Shown here piece by piece: positions 27,501 through 42,358 of a DNA stretch of 64,000 nucleotides (position 1 is the first letter of the stretch; each line of letters opens with the position of its first letter). The stretch is from Chrysomallon squamiferum (taxonomy: Eukaryota > Animalia > Mollusca): the NCBI GenBank assembly GCA_012295275.1, contig CM022674.1, positions 8,866,001 through 8,930,000 of the forward strand, in the 5' to 3' direction. Below the pieces are notes generated by a model. It did not search any database and had not been told where the DNA came from. It saw nothing but the letters and a program-made list of their open reading frames with translations. Made by a program: the position numbers and the translations under genes.

Positions 27501-30500
27501 TGACCCACATACAGCTGTATATGAATCTGTGTGGCACTTTTTCTCACAGTGTTTTGGATTTCTCAAACATTAATTCAGTAATCATGGATAAAGATTTTCA
27601 AGTTTTGTTCCAAACTAAAGAAAATGGATGTATTTCCTTACTTTCTTACATTCCAAGGTGGGTGAAAAAATGTAAATTTATCCATTTTACTTTTAACCAA
27701 ATGTACTAAAAAAAATTGTTTAATCAAAACCTAATTTTTATTTTTCAGTTTACTAATTTCCACAATTGTTTAATATTTTACTGTTTATTTCTGTTGTTCA
27801 TCTGTTTTATAGTTATCACAGTTATTATTGTATGCTTTCTGTTTAATAGTTCAAGCATTTGCTGCCAGCATTGCTCTTTTTCAAATTAATTTACAACAGG
27901 TAGCAGTACAATTTTAATTAATTTCTCTAATTATGGAGAAGAAAAAGTTTTGTTTCAAATATTTGTTTACTTAGTAAATAAATGATCAGTTCATATTAAT
28001 TCTCTAAGAATAACATTCAGTACGTCAATAAAACACACAGTAATTAATTGTAATTTTATTTAATTTTATTGAAGGACAAATAATAACATTTTCTGTGCAT
28101 TTATTTCTTTACCTGTTTTTAATAATAAATAGTTTATACAGCATTAATCAATGTTAAAAATTTTAAAATCTACAGTTACAATCTTCAGTTACAATCTACA
28201 GTTACTATCTACAGTTACAATAGTAAAAAGTTAAACTGAGATCATTCTTATGCAAAACGAAAAGTAAAAAAATTTGAAATAATTTTTTTTCGAATTATTA
28301 ATAATGTTTAAATAGTATTGTATGATTCTGAAAATTATCTTGTCACATATTTAAGATATAAATAATCAGTCAGTTAAATAAAATCTTCCAAAATTATACA
28401 AATGTAGTTTTTTTACTCCCTATGATTGGTCTGAAGGATCATCAACCCATCTTTGTGTTTTCATCCTTATTGTTTTTGCTGTTAATGTCTGTTCATAAAG
28501 TTAAAGCCTGGAGGTTTTTATTCCACAATGCTGTCTATGGTTTCCTCTAATGAGCTTTGTGGTCTAGCATGGAATATACTGTTAACCTGCAAACTCAGTA
28601 CAATGTGTCCTGTTCAGTTCCGGGATTAATCCTGAGTGAAAATCAATGTATTTGGCTAGTCCACTTATTTTAATTTTCTCTCTGACCTTTTTATTTGCAG
28701 ACACATACATACAAAAAGTTATTATAGACTGTATCTGTGATATGTATACAGTTTCATATAGAGTCAGTTTACACAGCTAACTGATTGTTTCTTTGTGGCA
28801 GGAATTCACATATGCTAAATTAGATTTTTTCATTTACATCTAAACAAAATAGAGGTATTCTAGTAAAAGCAAATAATTGTTAATTATTTTTATAGAAATA
28901 AATTAGATTTGTCCTTTTTATATTAAAAGATAATAAACATAAGAATTCATTTCTGTTGTAAAACAAAATACCTTTTAGATTAATCTTTGGTTTTACTTTC
29001 AGAGTAATTTAATTATACATTATTAAAATTATCATTCTGCATTAATGTTCAGTAATAAATAATTTTTAAAATTGCTGGGCAATCCCACATCAGCAGTTGT
29101 TTATTGCAGTAATAAATTTTGTTCAAACCAATACATTAAGATTCCATTTTGAACTGTTTTGCTCAAACTTCCTCATGCAGAGCTGTGAATACCAGGATAC
29201 AGAGAAAACTGTCAGTGCACTCAGTGTCAAACATCCCCAGGCATCTGCATAACTCAGAAAAAATGTTTACATATTAATTTAGTGTAACAGCAAAATTAGT
29301 ATTAATTAGCGAGTGAAATATGATGTTAATTAATCTGAATGAATGAATGAAAATGTCAGGTTTTTGTGTGCACATTAATACAGAAAACACACACACATAT
29401 GCATGCACACATATAACCTAAATACTGTTGTAACCAAATAATGTGATTATATTATTACTCAGTTTTGTACATAGTTTTGCTCATACATATAAATGTTAGT
29501 TTAGTGTAAGGTGTGTTTTTTATTAATATCTAATTGCACTGATGATACACTTATCAGAAAACAAACAAACAGGCTACTTCAGTTTATCTACTTTATTACA
29601 CACAAATTTGTTTTCTCTGTTTTTAATCAAAACCAATTAAGATAAAACTCAGTGTTTATGACTTTCAGCAGCTACACTCTAACTGTCTTCATAAACAAAC
29701 AGTCCATTAAAAAGTAAAAAAAACTTGCAGATGAGCAAACACATTAAAATAAACAAACAAAAACAAAGGAAATCAATCATACATACATATATATGAAATA
29801 TGCACAAAACACAACACACACTCATTACATGTACAGTCCAGTGTACTGAACTAACAAACAACATTCCTAAAAAATTAAAAAGAAGAAGTAAAAACTTGTA
29901 AACACGTATTCCTAGACAAAGGAAACTTAATGTCTGTCAATTTGTATTTTTATTTTTATTAAACACACATTTGCAATTGGTTGTATCCAAAAATAGAAAT
30001 TTAAAAAAAAAAAAAAAAAAAGTAAAACTAAAGTCATAAAATCTCACATCTAGATTTTATTTTGTTTCAACACTTGTCAAGTGTTAATTAGCTGCTGAGT
30101 ATTTTTAAACCATTCATAATTAGTTCCACAAGAAAGGAAGTAAATTTTTATTAAAGATTTCTCAGATAAATATTTTTAACAACACCTCCAAAAATCCTAT
30201 TTATAGAAAATCACAAAAACAAACTCTAATAATAATTTTAAAAATTCTAATAATAAAATAAAATAAAATAAAAAATATAAATAGACTTGAAAACTGTATG
30301 AACTGGCTTCATTACATTTTCATACATTGGTTTAATATTGATTTAAAATTGAAACAAATTCTGTATTAATAACAGTGATAATACTTTTAGAATACTTTGT
30401 CAGAACATCATTCATTTTCAGTGTCACTCTTCATCATGAAAATATTTGTACTTCTCAAATTCTTTTCTTTATTGTATATTTTTTGATATTTTTTTTTTTC

Positions 30501-31438
30501 CTAGCATGTCATATGAATCAAATGATGTGATGTGAAATAAAAATTGATTGAATAATTTCCAGTAACGTTTTATTGTGTCATTCTTCGTTAACCAGTCACC
30601 AGGCACCATACTGAGTCTTAATACTCAAGTCTGCTGAAATTATCTCCGAATCCTGACTTGAATTAATTCACTTTATTTTCATGTCAGAAATTTTCCTTTT
30701 TTCTCCTCCAAATCTCAACAGTGTCACGATCTTAAAACATTTCTTAGATAATTTTTATTTCACTGAAGTAATTGAAGAAGTTAGATAATTTGATAGTTTA
30801 ATTTGTAAATATCAGTTATTGTACACTTCTTTTTAATGAATTTATTATTTATCATTTTATATCACACTGAATTATGTATTATTAAACACCCACACTCACA
30901 CACCCACACAGTCATACATTTATATATGCACTATTCACAAAAACAATAATAAATTTCACAATACATTTTTAAGTACATTCCACCCATAAAACACACACAC
31001 ACACATTTACTTTTATAAATACACAGACAAACACACACAAACACACATGCACAGACACAAAACTATTTCTGTGGATGTGTGGAGATCAATCTGTGTAGTA
31101 GTTCAGATTAGTGATGATGTCAGCTAACCACAACAGGACTGGAGAAATGTTATTGATTCTATTATTGGAGTAAAGGCTTCTTTTTGGAGATAAACCACAA
31201 GGATGCTAGTGGCAGCCATGTTTCCTCATCTGTCACTCAAATAGGAAAGTAACAGCCTTCATTTCCTCCAAGACTGCTGTAAATTTTAAACAATTACATT
31301 GAATGCTGCAGCCAACTAGAAGCTGGTTAATTGTGACAGCATGCTCTGCTATTTGAAGACAGTTACTGTCAGATGTCGAATGATGTATTTAATTGAGTAA
31401 CAGTAAAGTGTGACTGTCATGGCATCTCTCTAGTAATA

Positions 31439-31469
<31 letters not shown>

Positions 31470-33905
31470 AAAGATGATGATAATAATAATAATAATAATA
31501 ATGATGATAATATATGAAATGATTTCTTAGTTCAGTGATAAAGCACATGGCTGAGGTCTGACAGATCAAATCTCTGTAGTGTTTTATCAATTGACCTGTG
31601 CTGGTTAGAGGCAGTGTCCCAAGACAACAGGTTAATGAAAGGTCATAACATGCTTTCATATCTGTTGGAGCATTTTCAAAAATAATAAAAAAAAGAAGCT
31701 CTGAAAATGGAATAATAATATTAATGACGTTTCTTTCAGTAGCTAAGATTGTTTTTTTAAATTATTATTATTTTTAAAATTTCAATAATATTTTCAGTAA
31801 AAAGTATGTTGATAAGAAAAACAATTAAAAACATCTTGAAATACAAAGTTCTTAATAAAGGGTTTGGGTACAGCAGAACTTTTTGAACTAAACTCAAATC
31901 ATTGTATGTGTTTATAGGTACAGACTTTAAACCTTTATTTCCTTCACTCTCATTCTTTTTATATTGATTTATTTATTTATTTATTTATTTATTATTGAAC
32001 TGTTGTTTTGTTTTCATGGTAGTTATCTTCCAATTATGTTTTGATTTCATTTGCACAGATAAACCATTGTTCTGCATCACAACCTTTCCTTTATTGCAAA
32101 CTGCCATCAAATCTGTTACATAAACAGTGCCAGACAAGCATCCACCTTCTGCGTGAGATAACTTTGTCCACGTTACGTCAGTAGCCATCACTGTTATTTT
32201 TCCCCATCTCTTCAGTGGAAGAGTTCCTGTCTGTTGCCCTTCTTCAAGAATGGCAGATGACAGATTTAAGTTTTGCTGATGACAGCTTTATAATGACTTG
32301 AATTAGCAGTTTCTGACATTACAAGAGTTTGTTCAGGCTGTTAAAAAAGACTTCACAGTGCCTGCATATTGACATGCTGAGACCATTTAGTTCAGCGTGT
32401 GCAGTGGGCAGTACAAAGATAGCGGATAATCAATGCATGTGTGTCACTGTAATTCCAGTATCATATGGAGAAACCTCGCATACCAATACAGTGTGTAATG
32501 TGGCTAAACTCTCTAACACATTTCTACTAGTCTGGAACATGGAGAAATGTAAGTAGTCGTAATAGACTGATCTTTTTAAAAATGTTTGAATTATGCAGTT
32601 TTATTTTTAATCCTTTCCTGTTCATTATAATGAATTATTAATAAACTGCAATATAAAAATGCATTTTAAATATAGAAAATAAATCTGTTTAAATTTTCAT
32701 GTTGCAAACTTATCTGATTTATTTGGTATTTATGTTAACTATTAATCCACAAGTTTTGAAACTAAGAGTTCAAAATGCATAAATATGTACCATTAGTTAA
32801 AGTTTAATATAAACATACATGAATTGTTATTTAATAATTTAAAACACACACATACACACATGCACACACACACAAAAGATATATGTATTTGAGTTTATAT
32901 TATTAAATAACATTTTATGTATGTTTACATTAAACTATATATCATTTTATACCACACTATTTATCAAAAAAATAGAGTTGAGATGTATGCTCTGAGTGAT
33001 GTATTACTACAACAAGGTACCAGAAATGGTATTTAGTGAAACATTATTTATTAGGTTTTCTTAGAATTATCTTATTTAAATTTGGTACATATTTTTCAAC
33101 TAGGAAAAAAAGATTTATTATTATTATAGTTATATATTATTTAATTTTATGAAATTATCAATTAAGAAATAAATATTAAAATATTATTTTACAAACTACT
33201 AATCAGTTAAAATTACAGATACTATTGGATCACATTTAAATCCCATTAAAACATAACAAATGATAAATAAAACATTGATTATTGTTTTTAATAGATTTAT
33301 AAGGTAAATAAAATATAAATAAAAAGCCTTGTGTTGTCACTGCAAATGTAAACTAATATTTAAACAAGTGATGTTTTGTTTAGTCTGTAAGTAAGTGATG
33401 AAGTACTGACTCGGGTTGTATGAGAAACATCTTTCTTACTGTTCACATTTAAATCATTCCTTTTGTTATGAATTTGTTGTAACTCTGTAGAGTATGCTTT
33501 CATGGAAAAATACATACAAATGATTTCTTGTAGCTAATGGAACGAGTAGACTTTGATAACGGTGAGTTTCCATTTTTGTCTCTAAGGTTCCTTAACCATA
33601 TGGTCTTCATTTTTTTAATTTTGCTCTTCCTTTATCAAAAAAATAAATAATTACATGAAATAGTGGAAAATCACAGGGTGAAAAAGAATGAAAATCTTCA
33701 TGATGAAAGACAGAAAATAGTACATTGCAATTGATTCTCAACAAATGTGTCTGTTTCATCAAAAGAGCTAACAACAAACTTGTTTTTAATTGCTGTTTTC
33801 TCTCACAAGATGTGTTTTATTGTGACATTCTTAAACAGTCTGCGGTCAGTCAGTAAAATGTGACAAAACACAACTTTAAATGATTTCTCTGCTAATGCTG
33901 GCTGA

Positions 33906-33977
33906 TTAAAGCTGTTTTATTACAGCTGTTTTATTACAGCTGTTTTATTAAAGCTGTTTTATTAAAGCTGTTTTATT
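33906..33977. repeat. 14-bp tandem repeat (ttaaagctgtttta / ttacagctgtttta), about 5 copies
   Basis: Directly visible. Confidence 0.9.
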
Positions 33978-34778
33978 TTCAACACAGAAATGGATTTCAG
34001 AACTTTTAATTCTTATTTCTGTCAGTGCCATATTAGTATTTATAGGCTTTGCAAATTAAGAAGATAAAAGCAGCAAGGTTGTTTTTGTGTCTGTTTCAAA
34101 TACATGACAAGCTGCACTTTAATCAAATTATTTCCATACTGTGAATTAGAATATCTGATACCAGATGTTTGCCAATCACATAAAAGGTTACAAATATTTT
34201 TATGTCAGGTCATGAAAGAAAAATCCTGTTATTTGTAATGTGTGGATATTAATTTAAAAACAAACTCAATATTTACATTATTGAATGAAATTATTATATA
34301 TATATATATAAAAAAGGGAAGAGAGTGAAGAACAGATTTGATCATGACAAGACAAATTTCTCTCTCTGTTTTGTGTTTCCTTTATGTATGAGAAAAAAAG
34401 CATGATATTGATACATACAGATTATCATCTGCACAGAGATTTTTTCCCAAAACCTTACAGATAAAGTAAAATCCTATTTGTTTTACATCATTGATGCAAT
34501 TATCTTTATACTCCTATCCCATAGTGCTAGAAATACCTGACTGCCATTAAAACAAACATATAAAAGCAGTTGTTGCAGCTGCTGTTGTCAGTGTTATGTT
34601 ACACGTATTAATAAAACCTATTAGCAGATGAAAATGCCGTAACACTGCTCCAGGGATTGTTAACTATTGTCATAACTTTTGTGTTTGAGAGAAATGTATT
34701 TATTCTGTTATTTTAAATCAGTGGATGTGCTTTTCCTTTTTATCAATTACTATGATGCTTATCTAACAACAGTATATC

Positions 34779-35012
34779 TATTACATGTATAACAATTAGT
34801 GACTGACCTAGGTTTATATTGCATGTATAACAATGTAGTGACTGACCTAGGTTTGTATTACATGTATAACAATGTAGTGACTGACCTAGGTTTGTATTAC
34901 ATGTATAACAATGTAGTGACTGGCCTAGGTTTGTATTACATGTATAAAAATTTAGTGACTGACCTAGGTTTGTATTACATTTATACAAATGTGGTGATTG
35001 ACCTAGGTTTGT
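34779..35012. repeat. 39-bp minisatellite, 6 copies (tattacatgtataacaatgtagtgactgacctaggtttg)
   Basis: Directly visible; explains the 13-aa periodic ORFs on both strands. Confidence 0.95.
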
Positions 35013-35499
35013 TTGTTTTAGGTATTTAATCTATAGTGCTAGATAGAGATTTGTATCATTCACATAAACATGTATTTGTTGAACTAGGTTTTTAGTATGT
35101 GTAAACAATATAGTTTGAATTAAGTGGAAACTATCACTATAACATTGTAATACAATGAGTTTATTTTGAAACAGGTTTTAAAACATTAACATTAGAATAT
35201 CTGAACTGGGTTTTGAAACAACAAAATAATTGAGTGGTGTAACACTGTACACAGAAAATGATACTTGCACTGGTTTACAAATGTTTAATAGCATCATGTT
35301 ATTCACATTAGTTGTAAAGCATGAATTGACATAATGGCATGTAATGTGAGGCCATTTGACTAAATACTGAGCATGAATCACTGAGAAATGTTTCATTTAT
35401 AAAATATAATTCTTGTTTGATTTAGTACTCACTATTTCTGTAATTTGTTCTTGGAGCAATGCTGATACTTGACAAAAAGTTGAATGATGTTCATTAACA

Positions 35500-35766
35500 C
35501 TGTAGAAGATCTGATTGTTGCTTTTTCTTGATTTCCTTTAACCCATCTTTGACTGAAATATTTGCTTTCACTTGATAAAATAGTGACAATTGACCGAGAT
35601 TGTCCAGTTGCTGTATAGAAGAGACTAAGCTAAAAATGGCAAATGTCAGAGATGGTAAAATAGAAGAAAATAAATGAACACAAATTGGATTGTTACAAGA
35701 ACTGGGTAAGGAGTCTCTAGAAAGTAACAGTTTATCTAGTTCATCAAGTGTGGAGTGAAAATTCAC
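35500..35766 (-). mobile_element. Possible highly decayed L2/CR1-type LINE ORF2 fragment
   Basis: Peptide FHSTLDELDKLLLSRDSLPSSCNNPICVHLFSSILPSLTFAIFSLVSS loosely follows the pre-RT pattern of L2/CR1 LINEs (..EVxKLI....SCxLDPIPxxLLxxxLPxLxxxIxxIINxS). Judged by eye only. Confidence 0.35.
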
Positions 35767-38700
35767 AGAGAGGTTTAAACACTACAGATACATATACATA
35801 TATACATGTATCTTTAATAATTATGTATATATTTTAAAAATAGCATTAACTGTTAATAATTCATATTAAAAAGTAACAGCTTCCAGTCTTGCATGAAGAT
35901 TGTAACTGATAATAATCTGACTAAACATATTCTGTGTGTTTAAACAAAACTGTTATTTCTTTGTGAGTTTGTATCTACAAGAGAGCATGATGTTTATATT
36001 CACCTTACAGTGGAATCACAGAAATAAAACTTGTCAGTGAGACTGGCTGGAATGGGAAATAGCCCAGTGATACTCATCTCAGGACTGTGAACCTAGATCT
36101 GTTCTGAGTTTTAATTGGATGTCATCACCGTTTTGAGTAGAAAGTAAAACAACAACAGGTGTGACTGATTTCAGTAGGAGACAGTGAGATTACATACAGA
36201 CAGTATACAGATAGTTAGCTGCTAAACAGGTGACACTTCCCAACACAGTTTGAAAACACTTGTTTCCTTACAATCAGCTGTTAGTGGTTACAAAAACAAA
36301 TTAAATGACATGGTAAATGAATAATGAATAGGATTTTTTCTACGCACAGGTATTACTTATAGCAAAACATTTTTTTTTTAATATCTTTTTTTATATTTTA
36401 CCAATTTATTATTGATAATGAACATACACACACATATAGGTACACTTATCTATGAACACAGGTATTATTCTTTGTTTGTGTGTTACTAATATTACTCATT
36501 CTGTAGGCTTATCTCTTTTGTATCTATCCAAGTATTGTAGAATATTGTGCAGATCAGAGACTGTGCATTATTTTAACTATTTATGAAAGTTTCCTGTATC
36601 AATAATTAATAAAGCACTAACAATGTTTTGCTAGAGAAAAACTGTGGATAATGAGTGACATTTTATCTGTGTGTTTTAAAATATATACATTATCTTTTAC
36701 GTAATGTATGTTTTAAATAGCTGCCTATATTTTGTTTCATTTTAAAAGTTTCAAAGAGTCCTGCATCAAAATAAACTCACCCATACAATGCAATGAATGC
36801 TATGAATGAATAAATAAATACAAATATGGATGGAAAGTTGACCATTGACATGTTATAAACAAAAGCTGACTGATGTTTAGACTAACATATATATAATCTG
36901 CACATATTACAATAATCATCTTTTCATACCTCATCTATCTTTCACAATATTCTTTCTAATTATATGAGACTTACATTCTCATCTGTCCATGTTTAATTTA
37001 CACTGTGATGTGTCAGGTGATTACCGTAACAGATCCACTCTTTATTTGTTACAGTGATATCTAACTACTGTTATCTAAATGTGCTATTATCAAAGTCACT
37101 ATCACTATCCCTTACTAAGATCACTAAACTAGTTACTATACAGCCAGTCACATGAATTACTGTCACTGGCCACATCACTGTTACCACAGAGTCACTATTA
37201 TTACCAGCATGATACTAATCAGATGTATGGTTATTGATCTAATGATTGTATAACCTGAACTATATCAGTTAGTACAGACAGCTTTTTATGTGTAATTTGG
37301 GAAAGTGGTACATAGATATTGATTACCTGTTAAAAGTGAAAGAAGAAATCCTCTGTTTAACTACCACTGCAAATTGCCTCATGTCATCTTTAGTTTAATG
37401 TATTATTGTTGTTGTTGTAGTTGTTGTTATTATTGTTATTATTACTTTTGATATAATAAATATTATTATTATTATTATTATTTTTTTAGGTATTAAATAT
37501 ATAAAACAAAAACTTATTAAAAAGTGGTTATCCTAGTAACTAAGGAGTTTTAGTTTATAATAACATGCTGGTGTGTTTGTAGTAATTATACATGTATATG
37601 TAAGTATAGGAATAAGGTTACTATAGTGTCAGTTGTCATGGGTTTGTATAGTATTTTAACAATACTCTTGTCATTGCCTTGTAGAACAAACCTCTAGTAA
37701 TTAAAAACAGTTATATGTTGACAAATACAGTTCATTGTGTGACAGTGTTTATATAAATATACTAATTCCTTTACATAATAATCTACATTGAATGTATGTG
37801 TGTTTATATCTGTCTATCTGTGTGTGTGTATTGAAAATCTAATATGTATAAACAAAGTATAAAACCCACATGTCTAACATAACATTAACATAAATATTTA
37901 AAGTTTCTTTTCTTGTTTACAATGAAGAGACTAATTCTGTTTGTATGTGAAATTAGTAATTAGTTCTTAGCTTTTGTTCTTTCTGAGATACATCATTACT
38001 GCTGTGAATTTAGAACATTACATTTATAATGTAATTAGCTTTTTAATGTACTTACTGATGAATATATGAGTTTACTGTAAGTAATCGTTTGATCTTTTGA
38101 ACTCTGATTTTAAATTAATCTGTTTGAAGCCACACAATTGTTTATTAATTGTTTATTAATGCTGATGGTGTAGTGTAAAAATATTCTTGTACATATACAT
38201 GCATGCATGAATACACATACAGACACATGCATATGTGAATGCTCACACACACACACATTAACACTTAAATAAACACATATTCCTTTAATGCAATTTTCTT
38301 TTAATTTGTTTTTGTGTGTGTGGTTTTTTGTTTCTTAGTTGGTACATTTACATATGAAAGCATTTAGTTTGTTACTACATAGGTGTATGTACTGAATTCT
38401 TATAACAGTATCTGTGATTTGATCCAAGTTCCTTGTTGCTGTAACTGTTGTAGAGAAATTAAAATGTAGAAAGAAATTGCTGCTTACAAAGATAGTCTGT
38501 TGACATGGCAACTAATCCTGAGACTGATTCTTTTAAATGAATACCATAGATGTTTTCACAGGAACTGTGTAGATCACAATGTTTCTTTGTTTGTTCAAAG
38601 TGTTAAATTCTGTTAACACCCAAATACCACTAGAAAGAACAACATGTGCAGTATATTTGATAACATATACACCAAACTCATTACTCTTAATAATTCAGAT

Positions 38701-41700
38701 ATTAACATTTTCCTTCATTTTATTAAAACAAATAAAACATTTGGATTTCTTCTGTGAAAACAAAATGATTTCCGCAGGTTGTGAGATAATCTGAGTTGAG
38801 ATCAGTGTTGTAGGAATGTCCTGTCTGAACATGTGATTTAGTCACATCTCAGCAATGTTAAGCTGTTGTTGAAATAGGAGTAGTAGTGCCACACTGTAAT
38901 ACCACTGGTATTTACAAGCTTTAAATTTTATCAAATGGGTGGAATAGTTTATATTTTATGTTATAGTTTATACATTCCACTTTGTTCTCATCATCATATT
39001 TCTCCCTCATCTCTCTCTTCCTCTGTCACTTTTAACTTAGTATTAGTTTCTGCCTAAAAGGTTAAATAAACATTGTTTAAACATTTATAATTCCTTCACT
39101 CATTCTCTTCCTTTCTGTCTCTTTCTGTAGATCAATATATATTTTTTTTTTTTTACTTACATCATCTTCTTCTAACTAATACGAAAGAAATAAGAACAAT
39201 TGTTCGATAAATTTTATAATTTAAAACAGGTGCTAACATTAATCATCCATATTACTTTTTTTTTGTTTTAATCTTTCATACGATATGTAAATATATATGG
39301 AGTTTAACTCTGAATTTGATTTATAATAATTATTAGCTGACAAATGTTAAATTTTCACATCATTAATCTTTGTCTTTGAAAAATGTTTCTCTTCCTCTGG
39401 ACAGAAGAACTGATTGTGAAGTAAATCAGCAGTCATTGTGTTGTAACTTTAACCAGCACTTTTACAACCTTCTAGTCATTCATTATCACAGTTATTGCCA
39501 AAACCTTCGATCTCCCTTTATCTCTGTGAAATTGTCTGTCTTTTATTACTCTGTCTCATTTATGATTTATCTCCCTTTTTATTACATCAGGACATTTATC
39601 TCCCCTTTTATTAAGTTAATTTAAGAGATTAGACAGAAAACATAAATCAAAACATAGACGACATATTTTAACACATTTCTTTGTGTTTGATTATTTTGTA
39701 AACAAATATTTCTGCAAATGTAACACTAATCCATGGAATGTGTAATTAAATTTTGTTTTTTTAAATCCTTCATTGAACAGTAATCCTTGATTTGTAAGTC
39801 CCATTTCAACAAACATGTATTTAGACAAACATGAAATCATACAGTGATACACATAAAGTAAATAACACATACACATACATATATATATATATAAAACATA
39901 CCATAGATTACTATATTTCAGATAACATGAATAATAAACTGGTACAAGTCTAATTGTTTATGTGTAATTCAGAATGATACAATATTCAAAAGGAACATGT
40001 GGTAATGAAATTTACTGTTGTGTCACATTATCTAGTTAGTTCTTGTTTTGGACATTCTGAACATTTAGCAGATGTGTCTTCAAATCAGTTTTAATATGAA
40101 AGAGGCATTAAAATTATTTTACCTAACAGTTGTAATTAAAAACAAAACACAATTAAAATAAATGTACTTTATCTACCACTAAGAGATTCAGGTCACAGTA
40201 AATCTGCATGTTGACGAAGAGAATGTGTGGGTGAGTTTAAAGCTTATCATGTTACAGATTAATTTAAATTAACATGAAGGATTTGTTTGTGTGTTCATGA
40301 CAATATTAACTGACAATGATTACTAGGTAAGCCTCTTATAATCTCCATCAGTTCCGTGAGAATCCACTTCTTAGAGCATCACTTTAACTAATGTCATCAG
40401 CTTACACACAGCTGCAGCTCAGTGGTTGTGGTATGAAGTTAATTTATCCAGCTGTTATTGCCTGAAATATTATTGGCTGCAGATCAGTCCTTTCCAATAT
40501 GACCTCAGGCTTTTGTCTGTAATAATAAATTTCCAATAACTGATTTTTTGAACATTGTCATACACACTTTCCTGTCTGTGGAAGAATCTTTCTGCTCATA
40601 GAGATGTTTCTTTTACATTAATGTTTTTAAAATAAATAACTTTTAATATTGATATTTTAATATAAAAAGAAATATGTTTAGGTGTCTTATCATTTTCTAA
40701 AGAAAACTAAACTTCTGTGTTTCATTTCTAGTTCCAAAGCTAAAAAGATTAAAGTAAGAACAACGAAAAAAATAAAAAATAAAAGAACAACTAAAGAAAA
40801 AAAATGAACAAGAAAAAGAACTTTATTTTAGTATCCCTAACACAGCATAACCTGGAAAATAAGCTAAATGTTATAAAATACTCCACATGTACATAATGAT
40901 TAGAAGCAGTATCAGTGAAGACAAATGAATTAGTTGTGTATAAACTGATTAACATTGTCAGTGTCAGTAGCTGGACTCTTTCTCCTCATTATCATGCTAA
41001 TGTCAATGAGTAATTATTTATTTACTGTTACATAAACTTTGGAATTCATAGAAAATTATATATATATATTTTAATTTTGCCAATTTTGTTTATGAAACAT
41101 ATAGTTTGTGTGAATGTTTTTATTCACTAATTAGATATTTTTAAACTTACATTAATGTGTCTGTTGGCTTCCTTTATTAATATATTTTTTGTTTGTATGT
41201 TTTTGTGTGTGTGAGAGAGAGTGAAAGTTTCTGTAATTAATATTTTAGTTTTATATTATAACACGTGTATAGTTGTGAGTATTTGCATATTTGCATCAAA
41301 CAGTAAGAACAAAAAAGCGTTTTAGCACTGTGAAATGACTGAAGTATTCTGTGGATCGACTAATCAGGTGTTTTCTGTGTAAGATGTTTTTTGCGTAGGA
41401 AGTCAAGTTAAGTGAAGTGTGCACTCCAAACATGGCTGATGTGTGTCTGGCAGAGATCAATACCAGAGTTGTGATCAATATCATGGATATAAAATCATTT
41501 GATCTCTTGCTGTAAGGCAACTCCATTGCTCTTTGAACCAGTGTTTGCAGTTTGTGAAAATTTGTTTTGAATGTAGCTTCATTAGAGAATCTGTTTTTAC
41601 TTCACAGAGCGATAGAGGATAAAATTAGACTTTAATTTCAACAAGTATTGATTTTTCAACAAGAGAGAAAAAAATAATGGATGCAGTGTTCATCAGTTTT

Positions 41701-42276
41701 TTGTTTTTAAAATAAAAATTGTCATTTTGTTTAGAATTTTTATTTAATATACAGTAAATATTTTTTGATGGTGTTTTCTTCTTCTTGTCTTTTTTAATCA
41801 TTTCTGTTTAAACATTTTTTTAATTTAAATTTAAAGTACATACGAGACAGTTGTGTGCCAGTCTGCATCAGATTTTTACTTACATTATTCCTGCTTTGTG
41901 GATGTAATAAATAAAATTATTTTGATGAATTACTTCACAATAAAAATTAATTTGAAAAATTACTTTAACATCCTGCAAACTACCTAAATGTAAACACTGT
42001 AACATGAATATTCATTCTGAAATTTATTTATTTTTACATTTAATTATTTTTAAATTTTTAAATTTTATTAAAATTTTTAAATAATTATTCCGTTAAATTT
42101 ATTATTGAACTTTTATACAAATGATAATTAAAAAATTCTTAATTAATTTTTTAAACAATTTCCCAAGTGGAATAAAATTAAAATTGTGAACTAAAATACA
42201 TTATTAAACATGTTTATTGAACATTAACAGATGTTGACATAACAGATTATTTATATTTTATTTATTTATGTTTCAG

Positions 42277-42358
42277 AAAGCAGGCTATGGACAGTCAGCT
42301 GTATTGTGAGTCTCACCTTCCCGAGGCAACCACACCCAGTCCAGACACTGACGACAAG
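42277..42358 (+). CDS. RAP1GAP: Rap1GAP N-terminal exon (xKQAMDSQLYCESHLPEATTPSPDTDDK), with an in-frame ATG at 42287
   Basis: tttcag| acceptor and aag|gtaatt donor. GC-rich relative to its flanks; phase-0 end joins the GoLoco exon in frame. Confidence 0.8.

Noticed and set aside
32329-32556. ORF ending at a strong gtaagt donor, considered as a coding first exon
   Set aside because: The open frame ends in phase 1, which fits none of the acceptors of the 42277 exon, and no homology was recognised. Kept only as a possible non-coding exon.
34743-35029. Overlapping periodic ORFs on both strands
   Set aside because: Result of the 39-bp tandem repeat.
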